A stretch of 64,000 nt of DNA from Octopus sinensis (taxonomy: Eukaryota), in contig NC_043003.1 in the NCBI RefSeq assembly GCF_006345805.1, forward strand, positions 24,428,001 to 24,492,000, given 5' to 3'. The notes beneath the pieces are model-generated. The model saw only the letters and a program-made list of their open reading frames with translations. It had not been told where the DNA came from and did no database searches. Position numbers and translations under genes: made by a program. This document shows positions 38,483-51,250 of the stretch, in pieces. Positions within the stretch are counted from its first letter, which is position 1. The number at the start of each line of letters is the position of its first letter.

Positions 38483-39745
38483 ATATATATATATATATAG
38501 TAGAAATGAATTATCAGTAAGATGATATAGTGGGTAAATGAGTAAGATAAAATGGTTTAAAATTAAAGTGAAGGAATTTAAATAAGAAATTGAAAAATAA
38601 ATATAAAGTTATTGTAGAATATTGTAGATAAGGGGTAGACTAGATTTGTTTTCTAAAAACTTATAATAGAATATACCTAGCTTATTTATAATAGGTGAGG
38701 TAGGCTGCTATAAGAAAATATCATATAATTACATTATAATTTTATAATTACTAGAATAAAATTACTATTTCCTTATCATGGGAGTTGTCATGAAAGATTA
38801 GTGTTTAATATCGGGTGAAGAAATTATCAAGCTATTGGTTAAAAATTATAATATTAATTAGACTTTTATAGAAATAGAAACTAAATAACCTAGATATTAT
38901 CTATTCCTTATCAGGTTTTGAATATTGATATATATATATACCATACTGGTATATATATATAATTCACTTACATTTGGCTAACATTTGAAACGAGAATACT
39001 GATCTTAAGATACTTGAACGTAATGCCATTTCATTTGAATCAGCTATTTTGAAATTTTTTTTTTTTTTTTTTGCTATTTGAGTATTATTCCCATTCTTAT
39101 TTCTTTTTCCTTGTTATTTAATTTTCCATAACTCAATTTTCTGCATCATGTTAGGTGGCATTCGTTTCGTACCGGAAGTCACGGACGTTTTAAAAACATA
39201 CGGCTTCCCCCAGACTACTAACAGCTTCCTCACCATTCTACTTTAAGACTAAACTTTAATGCGAAATATGGTCCTCGAGAATGTCACAAATAGGTGAAGT
39301 CTCCGTCTTCAGTTTCCTGTTAATTAAGTATAATGTCTATTAACAAACTCATCAATCACTGCTGTCATCTATAATCATCGTTTCCACGGTTAGCTGTTTC
39401 TGGGCCACCGCCATCTTTGTAGAGAAGTTCTTGTTTAGTGCCATTCACCGCTTATTATTATTATTATTATTATTATTATCTTTTTCATATATTAAATATC
39501 TTGGCCTATTGTCACAGCTGCCCATGATTAAATCACTCGCTGACATATCTCTGAAATTGTAGGTCTCTGTAAACGTTTTGTTAGAGTTACTAAATACCCA
39601 GTTAGCATTCACGTGTACCGTTATTTCTTACATTAAACTTTGTCACTGGAACATTCAGTGATTACAACTGCGACGTTAAACCACCAGGGTTAACTACTTG
39701 TTTTGTTTTTACTAGGTATATGAGACTTTTGTCAATGGATAGTAT

Positions 39746-39776
<31 letters not shown>

Positions 39777-40080
39777 TGCGCCCTTTTCAAGCCTAGCCAG
39801 GCTCATGGGCCCGGTTTCCCGGTTTCTATGGCGTATGCGTTCCCCCCAGCTGGACCGGGACGCCAGTCCATCGCAGCGTTACTCAAGAAACAGGAAGAAA
39901 GAGTGAGAGAAAGTTGGGGCGAAAGAGTACAACAGGGGTCGCCACCACCCCCTGCTTGAGCCTCGTGGAACTTTATGTGTTTTCGCTCAATAAACCCACA
40001 CAACGCCCGGTTTGGGAATCGAAACCGCGATCCTCCGACCACGAGTCCGCTGCCCGGCGACTGGTCCATTGCGCCTCCAC
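39746..40080 (-). mobile_element. SINE family C with a 13-bp TSD
   Basis: CAATGGATAGTAT at 39733-39745 and 40081-40093. Confidence 0.92.
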
Positions 40081-40549
40081 CAATGGATAGTATACAGCCC
40101 CATTCTCTACTGAAGTCGGCTGCTGCAGTTTTCTGACAAGATCGGTGCTCTACCTTCTGCAGAAGATTGCTTTGGAACCCAAACAAACGAAGAATGCCAC
40201 TGAGGGATAAATGACACCAACTAAAAGTGATCATGGTTGAAAGAGACCGTAGATGGAAGTCTTCCGCAGGTAAAGACTAATTTAGCTCTTGCTGACCCAC
40301 TCAAGCGAAGTACAGATTCTAAGAGGCAGAACGCTTGTGACTTCGATGAGGATACGGGAAGGTTTCTGATATTGCGATGTATACATTTATGTATACACAA
40401 CTAAAAGAATAGCTTGCAATATCTCTAAGTAACTTCTGTAGTTTTTATGTAGGGCAAATTATCTCTGATATTTATTTCACCTTAATTGCTTTGATTTTTT
40501 TTTTCTTTCTTACTTCTGTTTTGTGTATTTGGAATTGAACCTATTCGAA

Positions 40550-41400
40550 TAATATTGATTTTTTTCATCAGAGTAGCTGAACGTCACCACAGTACTTTCT
40601 CCAAGTCCACCTTTGTTCATCCATTAATGCTTGTAGTGGTTATGAACAAGAACACTGGCTGGAAAAATTCCCTTAGGCATTGTTTTACGTTTAAGAATTA
40701 GTAAAGATGCGAGTTTTGACCAGTTTCTACTTTAAACTGAAATAAAAGTCTGAAAGTACAGAGAGTATGTTCACACCTTGTCGTTTTTATAGATACCGTC
40801 TTTGCACCATAATTTTCCGTGTTTTTCTAATATTGATTTCAAATTTTGGCACAATGTCAGTAATTCTAGAGGAGGAGGTAGGCCCTTTTACATCGACCCC
40901 GGTGATCGACTGGTACTTATTTTATCGACCCCGACACATTGGAAGACAAAGTCATCCCCGGTGGCATTTGAACTCAGAAGGTAACGACGGACAAAGTGCC
41001 TCTAAGCATTTTGGCCGGAGTGCTAAAGTTTCTGCCAGTTCAGCATCTTACGTTTTCCTTATATTAAGAGCATTTCATCCATTTTGCTTCTCCACCTTAT
41101 TTCTATAGTTTGTTACCTTTTTGGCGTTGATCACACATTTTTGAATCACCAGGATTTCTCCTTCATTTTCTTCAGACATATTCTAAGCAAGTCTAGTCAT
41201 TTACTATCGTTTTAGATCATGACACATCATGCTAAAGTAGAATTAAGATGAGGATACAGCAAGCTCAGCTGCTGGAATTTTCCCTACTTTGCCAATCACT
41301 TGGCCCCGAATATTATCTGTATAGAAAGTCTTTTAATATTCCATTCACATAACATGAGTGGAATACTAAAAATCTACACCAAATTTATAAAATATCGTGG
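40550..41400 (-). pseudogene. pogo/Tigger-type transposase remnant interrupted by SINE B
   Basis: TRLA*NMSEENEGEILVIQKCVINAKK...MDEM, then LILKRKTMPKGIFPASVLVHNHYKH*WM; matches the pogo DDE_1 pattern recalled as TRxAQKxP...NMDE...FKRKTMPK...KGWMD. Confidence 0.65.
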
Positions 41401-41639
41401 AGAAAAATATTCGTCGATTTATTATTTTTTTTTTTCGTTTTCGCTTAAGTAAAACGAGTGACAACTATAAATATGTTTCAACTGATCGAGTGTCATCAGC
41501 TAGTGTGGCGTAAACTTCACGTAACTTGCCGAAGTATTTGTCACCTAACCATTCAGTAAATGTATAGAAATACGTAGATTTTGACATCGTAAAAGAAAAT
41601 TGTCAGAAAATTAAATGAACTCCCTGATTAAAATTAATA

Positions 41640-41780
41640 TCTATATATATAAAACTGAGAATGTGTATCTGTCTGTCAGAATGCCTGTGTGAATCCCTAA
41701 AACTTGAGAACTACTCAACCAATTTCATTCAAATGTTACACATGCCTTACTTAGGGTTCATGTAGTGATATGGGCTCGAC
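41640..41780 (+). mobile_element. Helitron-like 5' fragment
   Basis: A|TCTATATATATAAAA followed by TGTCTGTC and CAACCAATTTCATTCAAA, parallel to the 921-1360 element; no 3' CTAG end found. Confidence 0.5.
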
Positions 41781-42672
41781 TGTCGGGTCGGGTTGGGTTG
41801 GGTTCTGAAGGAGAGGAAAGAAAGAATTTCAATTATATATAGAGAGAGAACTATGGCGCGAAGGCAGCTTAAAAAAAACAACCCTTCCTCCGTTGTTAGA
41901 AGTTTTACCTACTCCACATTGAGAGCATTGCAGCAAGATGCGTCTTCGTCAAAGCAATTGCTCCCCCAAAGCAAATTAAATAAAATTTGAGATGCGTGGA
42001 ACGTCAAAGCTGCTAACAAAAACAGGACAGTGAAAACATTCGGTAAGGGCTGTTTAACCCTAACGAGGTGAAGTGGTGAACGCTGGAGAAAAACAGCTTT
42101 GTCAAGAGACATACAAGAATGCGAGAAGAAAAAGAATTACATTTAGAAATAGAGATCTATATTTAGTGAGGACAGAATTTGAGTTAGAAATAGAGAACTA
42201 TAAATATTGTATTATGCATCAAGTGGTGACTTACATTCGGGGCTTCCAATTTCTCTGTAAAATATAAGATAGCCGCAAGATCATCGCATATGTTACCATC
42301 GATTACAAACACCGGTGGAAGATATAAGTTCCAGAGGACATTCTTGTTCTTTCGTTTGCACATGGAACGTATTATGTTTCGGCTTAAAATAAATTATAGA
42401 TACAAATATAATGTATAGAAATATATAAAAACCAGAATAGAAAATAAACGTCTTAGGTATATAAAATGAGATAACATGAGATATCAAGGTGTTATAAACT
42501 TGAAACCTACTAGAAATCACGTCATCCAATCAGTTCTGTCCAATTTTACCCTTTTTTTTTTTTAGATTTGAATGAAATTTAATAGTATTTTCAAATGGCT
42601 AATTCAATTAAAATTTATTTTATGCATTTGTGTACGTTGAAACTAATTCAATATTGTTTTACAAAATAATAG

Positions 42673-43912
42673 ACGGCGTCCACAAAGTCTGCATGCATTG
42701 GGATTAACACATACTTTTAAAACAAACCAATTTTATTTAATTATAATGTTAATAAATAATATTTTCAAAGTGATTTCCATCATTTTCAATGCATAACTTG
42801 ATGCGCCTTGCAAAATTCAGGTGAACTTGATTAAATAAGTCTACATTGCCATCAATTTCAGCACACTGACTGGTAATGCGTTCTCTCATGTGTTTTAAAT
42901 CTAATCTTTATTGAGTAAACTTTCTCTTTCAACATACCCCAGAAAAAGAAATCAAGGGGAGAAAAGCCTGGTGAACGAGGGGACCATTCCATATGACCCC
43001 TTCTTCCAATCCAATGAGGAAAAGTGTCATTAAGCCAATCTCTAACAGTTGTGGCAAAATGGGTAGGGGCCCCATCCTGTTGAAACCAATTGGGAAGGCC
43101 CTCGCCTAGGCGCTCAATTTGAGATATTAATTTGTCTCTCAATATGTTTACATAAATCTCATCCGTTACATGTTCAATGAAGAAGGGTCCTAGAACATGA
43201 GCTTTCCACAAACCACACCATCACTTTTTTGCTGCCTTGCTGTTTGGATGGATCCATCCAATGTGGATTACCTCGAGACCAGTATAGAAGATTCTGTCTG
43301 TTGACCTCACCATTTTAAATAAAACGTAGCTTTGTCACTGAACAACACAAAGTTTTTCGTAAAATTGATATTTTCATCCAATTTATCTGAAAACCATTCG
43401 CAAGTCTACATTCGTCTATCAGGGTCGTCTTCATTTAAGTGATGCAATATCTGTAGGTTGTATCGATGAAACTTTTCCTCAACCAGCATTTTGTGGATGG
43501 TTGGTTTTGGAACACCTAACACCGTGGATGTCCGACGAAGTGATTTCTTTGGGCTAGCAGAAACCTTAGCCATGACAGCCTTTTTCGTTTCATCTGAAGT
43601 CTTTGGTCACCCGGAACGAGGTTTATCCAAAACACTGCCCGTTTCTTTAAATTTCTTGATCAATTTCCCGACGGCAGTAAAACAATTAGGTTGCCTATAA
43701 GGGTGTCGAAGATTAAATTCTTCCGCAATTTAACGATAAGACCATCCCTCTCGTCTACTTAATAATACTAACTCGATTCTTTCTTCTTTATACAGATCCA
43801 TCATTCGATCTGGGATTCTTTCTTCTTTAGACAGAGCCATCATTCTATCATCTGTAGAAAAAATAATAAATAAATTTAGAAAAGTAAATATTTTTTTATT
43901 TAATTTAAACAA
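42673..43912 (-). pseudogene. Near full-length rosa/DD41D-like Tc1/mariner transposase pseudogene
   Basis: KKFKETGSVLDKPRSG, WFQQDGAPTH, WSPRSPGFSPLDFFFWGMLKEKVY; 40 residues between the second and third Asp in this copy; several stops. Confidence 0.88.
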
Positions 43913-43914
43913 AA

Positions 43915-44079
43915 GAGGCGCAGGAGTGGCTGTGTGGTAAGTAGCTTGTTTACCAACCGCATGGTTCCGGGTTCAGTCCCACTGCGTGGCTCCTTGGGCA
44001 AGTGTCTTCTACTATAGCCTCGGGCCGACCAAAGCCTTGTGAGTGGATTTGGTAGACGGAAACTGAAAGAAGCCCGCCG

Positions 44080-44133
<54 letters not shown>

Positions 44134-44341
44134 TGTGTGTGTTTGTGTGTCTGTGTTTGTCCCCCTAGCATTGCTTGACAACTGATGCTGGTGTGTTTAT
44201 GTCCCCGTTACTTAGCGGTTCGGCAAAAGAGACCGATAGAATAAGTACTGGGCTTACAAAAAGAATAAGTCCAGAGGTCGAGTTGCTCGACTAAAGGCGG
44301 TGCTCCAGCATGGCCGCAGTCAAATGACTGAAACAAGTAAA

Positions 44342-44345
<4 letters not shown>
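43915..44345 (+). mobile_element. SINE family A copy
   Basis: Full-length match to the family. Confidence 0.9.
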
Positions 44346-44404
<59 letters not shown>

Positions 44405-44956
44405 ATATATATATCAAGCACGTGACGTCAGTAATTACTCAGGGTAAGCAGATGGTGTCCATCATTAGTAAACTACCATCAAAAGATTTGCCAATAGATA
44501 AAAGAATAAATACATTATAAAGATATAAAGATAGTCACTATCCATTGCTGGATAGAAGGATGGAAATAAATGGAAATGAGCTAAAACTGAAGGGAAAAAA
44601 AGACACAAAAAATAAACAAGACACAGGCGCGCGACTGAGTCGAAGGCAGATTTACTTCTGCCTTTATAGCAGAAAACGGTGCTGTAGGAGTGTACACAGC
44701 ACGTGTACTGCATCAGTACTATGCGTAGCTTAACTACTGAGATTGAAAAGCAGGAGCGAATTATGTCTACCTGATCTGCAAAAAAAAATGTTTGCATTTT
44801 AAGCATAGTAATCAGAGTAACCTTCAGAATTAGGTGCATATTTTGCCATAAAAGGAAAACGTTGCTATCGATCTATTTTACGCCTAGGTAGGTGTCACCT
44901 ACCTTGCCTACCTATGCGGCACGTCCCTGATATATATATATATATATATATAAAAT

Positions 44957-45392
44957 AAATCTCTGAGCGAGGTATAAACAGTAGCTGCACGACATCGTGA
45001 AATATATTTGCCACATAAATGTGGCTAACCCTTAAGGGTGGATGCTACTGTAGCTTGTAACCCCAGGAGGACACCTCCTCCAGCTGGCTATTGGCACACT
45101 TTCTGTGACCTATCAGTATTTGCAAAGGGAAGCCATCCTTCCTATCTTCAATCTGACATGATATTCAGAAACTCGAGTCCGTGTGTATCATGTCAAATTG
45201 AAGATGGGAAGGATGGCTTCCCTTTGCAAATACTGATAGGGCACAGAAAGTGTGCCGATAGCCAGCTGGAGGAGGTGTCCTCCTGGGGCTACAAGCTACA
45301 GTAGCATCCACCCTTAAGGGTTAGCCACATTTAAGTGGCAAATACATTTCACGATGTCGTGCAGCTACTGTTTATAACTCGCTCAGAGGTTT
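44957..45392. repeat. Near-perfect foldback hairpin, ~207-bp arms and a 22-nt loop
   Basis: Arms 44957-45163 and 45186-45392 are reverse complements with few mismatches; loop TTCAGAAACTCGAGTCCGTGTG. Confidence 0.95.
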
Positions 45393-45683
45393 GTTATTAC
45401 TTGTTCACACTTTTTTCGACATCAGTGACTTTTCGTCACTGGAAAAAGGATATATATTTGCAAAGGGGACCCACTATTCATTGGCAATCGGCGATTGCAC
45501 TATTGGGTGTTCGTAGTGAATTCTTCGATGTGAATTCAAATTGTTACACACTGATATTGTATTTTTGTTGAAGGTTCCCCGCGCGGGTGAATCAAGATTC
45601 GTTGGATTGTGTAAATTATTGAATTTAAGCTACTGTTTCGTTTACACCTGTATAATCCCCGTCTACAGGAGGAGTGAAGAAAG

Positions 45684-46895
45684 ATGGAGAATAGACAAAG
45701 TTACGCAGCGGCAACGACACAAGGAATAAATACCAACATCCTGGAAGTACAGGAAGTAGAAATGGACATAAGAAAGAGGAAAGAAGGAAGAAAATTTGTA
45801 CGAAAGGCGGGCACCAGTCTAAAGCTGACTCCCCCAGAAGAACTGATGAAAAGCATAGAGAAGAGGACGGTAGTATACAGAAGGTTATCTACGTCCTCGA
45901 ACAAGATAGAGGTAGCCCCAACAGAAGAAATAGAGGAATGCCTCGAAAATGTGAAAAAATTGACCACGTTCTATACACGTGGAAAGAATTTTGCATCAGT
46001 GGAAGTAAGGTTTGGAAACGAAGATGCCATAAACCACTCCACAGACAGCGAAATGGATACTACTTCTGACGTACTGTGGCAAACGCGCTGCCAGAGTGAA
46101 AGCTGGAATAGTATCCGCCGAAATTAAGGAAGAATGGCTGGTAGCAGCCATAATGCACGATATGAAGGATGGAGTTGAGATCCTCAAGATAACGAGGACC
46201 CCAAAATCCAATTAGTGGGGATACAGCCTCGAAGTGACCATGTAGGTATCTTTGGAAGATTTGCATAGTATAGCGGAGGAAATAATACTCACGGAAGACG
46301 TCAGACTTCGAATAACAGTAGAAGGAAGACCACCAACATGCTTCCTATGCGGCAAAAATGGGCACAAGATGTCCTGAGAAGGAAAATGAAGAGGAGAAGA
46401 AAAGTGGAGAAAACAATACCGAAGAGGTAGTACCAACGAAATAAACAGATAGAGTGGAGGAACCCTTCACAGTAGTAAACGCGAAGAAGAGAAAGGAACG
46501 GGTGAATTCTCCCCCAGACAGTCAAAAAAGGCTAAAGGAGATTGTTATGAAAGAAAAGAGAAATAGGTGTGAAGCGCCAACAGAAGCAGTAAGTAATGAA
46601 GGCACACAGGGAAAAACAGCATTACAACAGGGAGAAAAAGGAAGCGTTCATAAGATTGGTTATGATGTTTCTGCACGCCCGAACAGATCAGGACAGGAGC
46701 CGAAGCAAGCAGAAGTGAAAAGGAAGAGATATAAGTGGCTGTGTGGTAAGTAGCTTGCTAACCAACCACATGGTTCCGGGTTCAATCCCACTGCGTGGCA
46801 TCTTGGACAAGTGTCTTCTGCTATAGCCCCGGGCCGACCAATGCCTTGTGAGTGGATTTGGTAGACGGAAACTGAAAGAAGCCTGTCGTATATAT

Positions 46896-46935
<40 letters not shown>

Positions 46936-47710
46936 TTGTGTGTCCCCCTAGCATTGCTTGACAACCGATGCTGGTGTGTTTACGTCCCCGTCACTTAGCG
47001 GTTCGGCAAAAGAGACCGATAGAATAAGTACTGGGCTTACAAAGAATAAGTCCCGGGGTCGATTTGCTCGACTAAAGGCGGTGCTCCAGCATGGCCGCAG
47101 TCAAATGACTGAAACAAGTAAAAGAGTAAAAGAGTAAAGAGTATTCCAAAAGTAAAGAAATAGAGAAAACGATTGTAAAATTTAGATCGGCAATAAGAGT
47201 AAAGCTGCCGCCAGGAAAATACCCGGAATACACAAAGGGAATAGTCATAGACAAAGAGAGATTTTTGAAATTGAGAGAGATGTATGGACTTTTCATAAAC
47301 CGGCTGGGGGTTGAAGTCGTGTTTGACGAGCTCCCGCCGGTCGTGGAATTAGATGATTTGAAACCCTTTATGAACATTTAAAAATAAGTAAGTAAAATTT
47401 GTACTTCATATAAAAAAAAATGAGGAAAATAGACTGTTAAAAAATTTAAAGAAGGAAAAACATTATCAAAAAAAGACTGAGAAAAAGAACGAGCTAAAAA
47501 AGAAAAAAAAAAGAAAAGACTGTAAGAACATTTAATTGTAAAAAAGTAATCACGGTTTCGTCTCGGAGCGGGACCGAGAAAACCGTTTTCATATTCATTT
47601 TAATTTAATTCATTGTAATTCATTCTTTCATATGTTTTTTTTTTTGTTCCCGCATGTTTGTGTATGTCCCCTCTGTATCCAGGCCTTGTGCTTATAATAA
47701 AGAGAAAATC
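45684..47710 (+). mobile_element. ORF1-only (HAL1-like) retroposon: disrupted gag-like ORF1 and a short 3' UTR
   Basis: MENRQSYAAA start; GRPPTCFLCGKNGH zinc-knuckle remnant at 46339-46365; ORF resumes after the SINE and stops at 47381; no endonuclease or RT; ends TGTCCCCTCTGT...AATAAAGAGAAAAT. Confidence 0.7.
46731..47145 (+). mobile_element. SINE family A copy inserted into an ORF1-like gene
   Basis: Full-length match; coding-like sequence resumes after its tail. Confidence 0.9.
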
Positions 47711-47724
47711 GGTGATTGTCACAC

Positions 47725-48170
47725 GCTGATGACGGGTCAATACCCAGACATCGGAAACAGGACATTGTCGCGATGAATGAAAAACTTGCACGATAAACAA
47801 CATCGTGTATCCCGGTGACAACAGAATCAAAGAGAAAGAAGAAGAAATACTGAACAACTGCGACGATTTGAAGTGAGAAATACGAAGGGTGTGGTCAATG
47901 AGGAGAGTAGACGTGATACCAGTAGTAATTGGCGCACTCGGAAGTATCAGCACTCAACTACCAACATTGCCCAAAAATTTTGGTACAAATGTAAAGATGG
48001 AACACCTACAAAAACCAGCATTGCTTGGAACTGCAAGAATTCCTCGCAGAGTTCTTGAAGCATGACCAGAAAATACGTGTCACCTTAGTCTGCCGGCTGT
48101 GAACAGCTGACACTTTCCATCATAACCAGTAAAACAAGATGAGAGTTTTCATCAAATAATAATAATATTT
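47725..48170 (+). pseudogene. R4/Dong-clade LINE 3' end (restriction-like endonuclease domain) with a (TAA)n tail
   Basis: GDNRIKEKEEE...DDLK*EIRRVWSMRRVDVIPVVIGALGSIST...LQKPALLGTARI.RRVLEA*; about 100 bp of it recurs at 48723-48820. Confidence 0.85.
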
Positions 48171-48264
48171 GTATTGGCCACAAGGGCCGCAAAAACACAT
48201 TAAAGGCAAAACAAAGGCAAAGGGAAATGAGGATATTCATAAACAGATCTAAACAATAACAATT

Positions 48265-48484
48265 TCTCTTTTACTCTCTGTAACTTGTTTCAGTCATTTG
48301 ACTGCGGCCATGTTGGAGCACCGCCTTTAGTCGAACAAATCGACCCCAGGACTTATTCTTTGGAAGCCTAGTACTTATTCTATCGGTCTCCTTTGCCGAA
48401 CCGCTAAGTTACGGGGACGCAAACACACCAGCATCGGTTGTCAAGCGATGTTGGGAGGACAGATACACACACACACACACACAT

Positions 48485-48545
<61 letters not shown>

Positions 48546-48722
48546 TATACATGTATACGACGGGCTTCTTTCAGTTTCTGTCTACCAAATCCGCTCACAA
48601 GGCTTTGGTCGGCCCGAGACTATAGTAGAAGTCACTTGCCCAAGTTGCCACGCAGTGGGACAGAACCCGGAACAATGTGGTTGGTAAGCAAGCTACTTAC
48701 CACACAGCCACTCCTGCGCCTA
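48265..48722 (-). mobile_element. SINE family A copy
   Basis: Reverse-complement full-length match ending CCACACAGCCACTCCTGCGCC. Confidence 0.9.
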
Positions 48723-49376
48723 TGAAGTGGGAAATACGAAGGCTGTGGTCAATGAGGATAGTAGACGTGATACCAGTAGTAATTGGCGCACTCGGAGATA
48801 TCAGCACTCAACTACCAACAAAAAGTATTTTACATTCCTCAATAGAGGGAGCACCACACAAGGGTAACCAAGGAACCTCACAGATCTTGGATCACTCTAC
48901 CCACCAAGGGCACCACTGGAAGGCGCACCTCTTTCATCCCTTCCATCCTACAGACACCAGCTTAGAATGTCGATATTAACGCTTCCATATGATGAGATGA
49001 CCAGAAGAGGCCGATAGAAATGGGGGTGTCCCGGCTGAACTGGGTTGCGTGAGCGCGCGTGTGTATGTGAAAATGGTGTGTGAGGGTGTATGTGTGGGTG
49101 GGAAGTACGTATGTGTGTGTATGTGTGTGTGCGTGCATGCGTACTTATCACATTCACCCATCTTTCAACAAAAATCATTGGAGGACAGTACTTTTCTTTG
49201 GGCTTTTACCTCCCTTTTCAAACAGAAGTTTTTAAAAAATCGATGAGGGCTTCACCGGAGAGGAAAGTATCTATCTTTAGTTCTTTCAGTCTTTCCATCA
49301 TTCAGTTTCCTTCGTCATAGCAAGCAAGCCGTTAAAATCTGCCTACCCTTTCCAGACAAAGGAAGGTGGCAGAGCA

Positions 49377-49876
49377 CCGTAAATCCTCGAGTATAATCCG
49401 CATTTTTTTCCCCAAAATTTAAAGGTCAAAATCCCTAGTGCGTACTATATACGAGGTTAAAAATGAAAATTATTTTCCAAGCAATGTCCGAGCCTCTATT
49501 TGCTGTCCGGCAATGTTTATTCAGACGCATTTTGTGATGTCGGGCGCGAAAATACCTTAAGCTAAGCCTGAAAGCAATGAAGTCATAAAAGAATCATCCA
49601 TAACTTGCAGTAAGCAACATTTATTAAACGTTATTGCTTTTATTTCTTTATTTTCTGCAAACAAAATGCACAAAAAAGCTACACGTTTGCATTATGTTAT
49701 ATATATATAATAATGATAAAGGACGTTACCGTATACATTTTTACAAATCAAGGACGTTATATAGGCCTCCTTGATTCAAGTTAGAGAAGAGGTGCGTATT
49801 ATACACAAGGTTTAGGTTTTTCAGAGGTACAGTCCCCTAAAAAATCCCCTGCTTATTATACTCAAGGGATTTACGG
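49377..49876. mobile_element. Tc2/pogo-type MITE
   Basis: TIRs CCGTAAATCCTCGAGTATAAT / ATTATACTCAAGGGATTTACGG; right flank TA, left flank CA; subterminal GTGCGTA.TATA repeats; 500 bp. Confidence 0.8.
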
Positions 49877-50821
49877 TAATCTACACATGAAAGTTCTTCA
49901 GATAGCTGGATCCGTCCCAAATACGATATTGGGTGTTCGACATAACTTCACATTTCAGCAAAGCTCGGAGCACTGTACGAGTGCATGCGCAATGGTATCA
50001 TCTCACTGAGCCCATATCGGCCAAGCCCGACAGAATAATTCAGAGAAGCTAATTATGAAATTGGATTTTCATCAGTCATGTAACTGTTCACTAAAGTCGT
50101 CATCATATAGAATGCTTTGTAGTATTTCTTCCTATTCTGTGCTGTGCGACGCGGGTTCAAATTTCACTGAGGTTAACTTTGTTTTTATACTCTTGAGGAT
50201 GATAAAATACAATGCACCAGTCCGAAGCGGTGGATCGGCGGGACTTTAAGAATGACAGACCGGGTGCCTTGCGGTAGTTTTCTGCGTTCACTTCCCACCA
50301 TGGTCTACTTGGTGGGTAGACTTAAGCTAACTTCTTTGGCCAAGCCCTCATCAACTTTTGTTCAAAAGTTCCTTTAGAAAAGGAAGGCGAAGGTTGAGAG
50401 GGGATGAATCCCTTCAATAAATTTGTTGGAAGGTGAGTGAAAATGGTGTGGGTAGCTTGAGTGAATTGGCCTACTCTAAGCTGGTGCCTGTAGCCATGTT
50501 TGAACCCATCACCGAGCAGCTCAGAGGCTTTTAGTGGAATTAACTCGTTAAAAACTAGCCAAATCTCCAGTTTTATTATCCTCCCCACCACCAACCTTGG
50601 GTACCGTATTACCTCTTAAGGAAAAGATAAAGACAATTCCAATTGCGACATATTTTTTTTCTTTTTTTAGAAAAATATTGTATTTCATTCAAAAACTATA
50701 TTTCAAAGAAAATTATGACCACTTCAAACACCCAGGGTCCTTTAAGAACTCACTGATTCAAAGAATATTTCTCATACTCTCTCAGGTATCAAAAGAATTA
50801 ATTTTTCATTATTTAATTATA

Positions 50822-51250
50822 CACAGGCGTAAGAGAGGCTGTGTGGTAAGTAGCTTGCTTACCAACCACATAGTTCCGGGTTCAGTCCCACTGCGTAGCA
50901 CCTTGGGCAAGTATCTTCTACTATAGCCTCGGGCCGACCAAAGCCTTGTGAGTGGATTTGGTAGACGGAAACTGATAGACTCCGTCGTATATATGTATAT
51001 ATATATATATGTGTGTGTGTGTGGTGTGTGTGTGTGTATATGTGTGTGTGTCTGTGTTTGTCCCCACCCAACATTGCTTGACAACCGATACTGGTGTGTT
51101 TACGTCTCCGTAACTTAGTGGTTCGGCAAAAGACACCGATAGAATAAGTACTAGGCTTCCAAAGAATAAGTCCTGGGATCGATTTGCTCGACTAAAGGCG
51201 GTACTCCAGTATGGCCGCAGTCAAATGACTGAAACAAGTAAAAGAGTAAA
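50822..51250 (+). mobile_element. SINE family A copy
   Basis: Full-length match. Confidence 0.9.

Noticed and set aside
41118-41182. Apparent minus-strand first exon MSEENEGEILVIQKCVINAKK followed by GTAACA
   Set aside because: Flanking sequence continues as a pogo transposase pattern (TRLA*NM...MDEM...KRKTMPK), so it is part of a decayed transposon.
50322-50594. 90-aa minus-strand ORF with non-repetitive composition
   Set aside because: No recognisable domain or splice sites; cannot be supported without a search.
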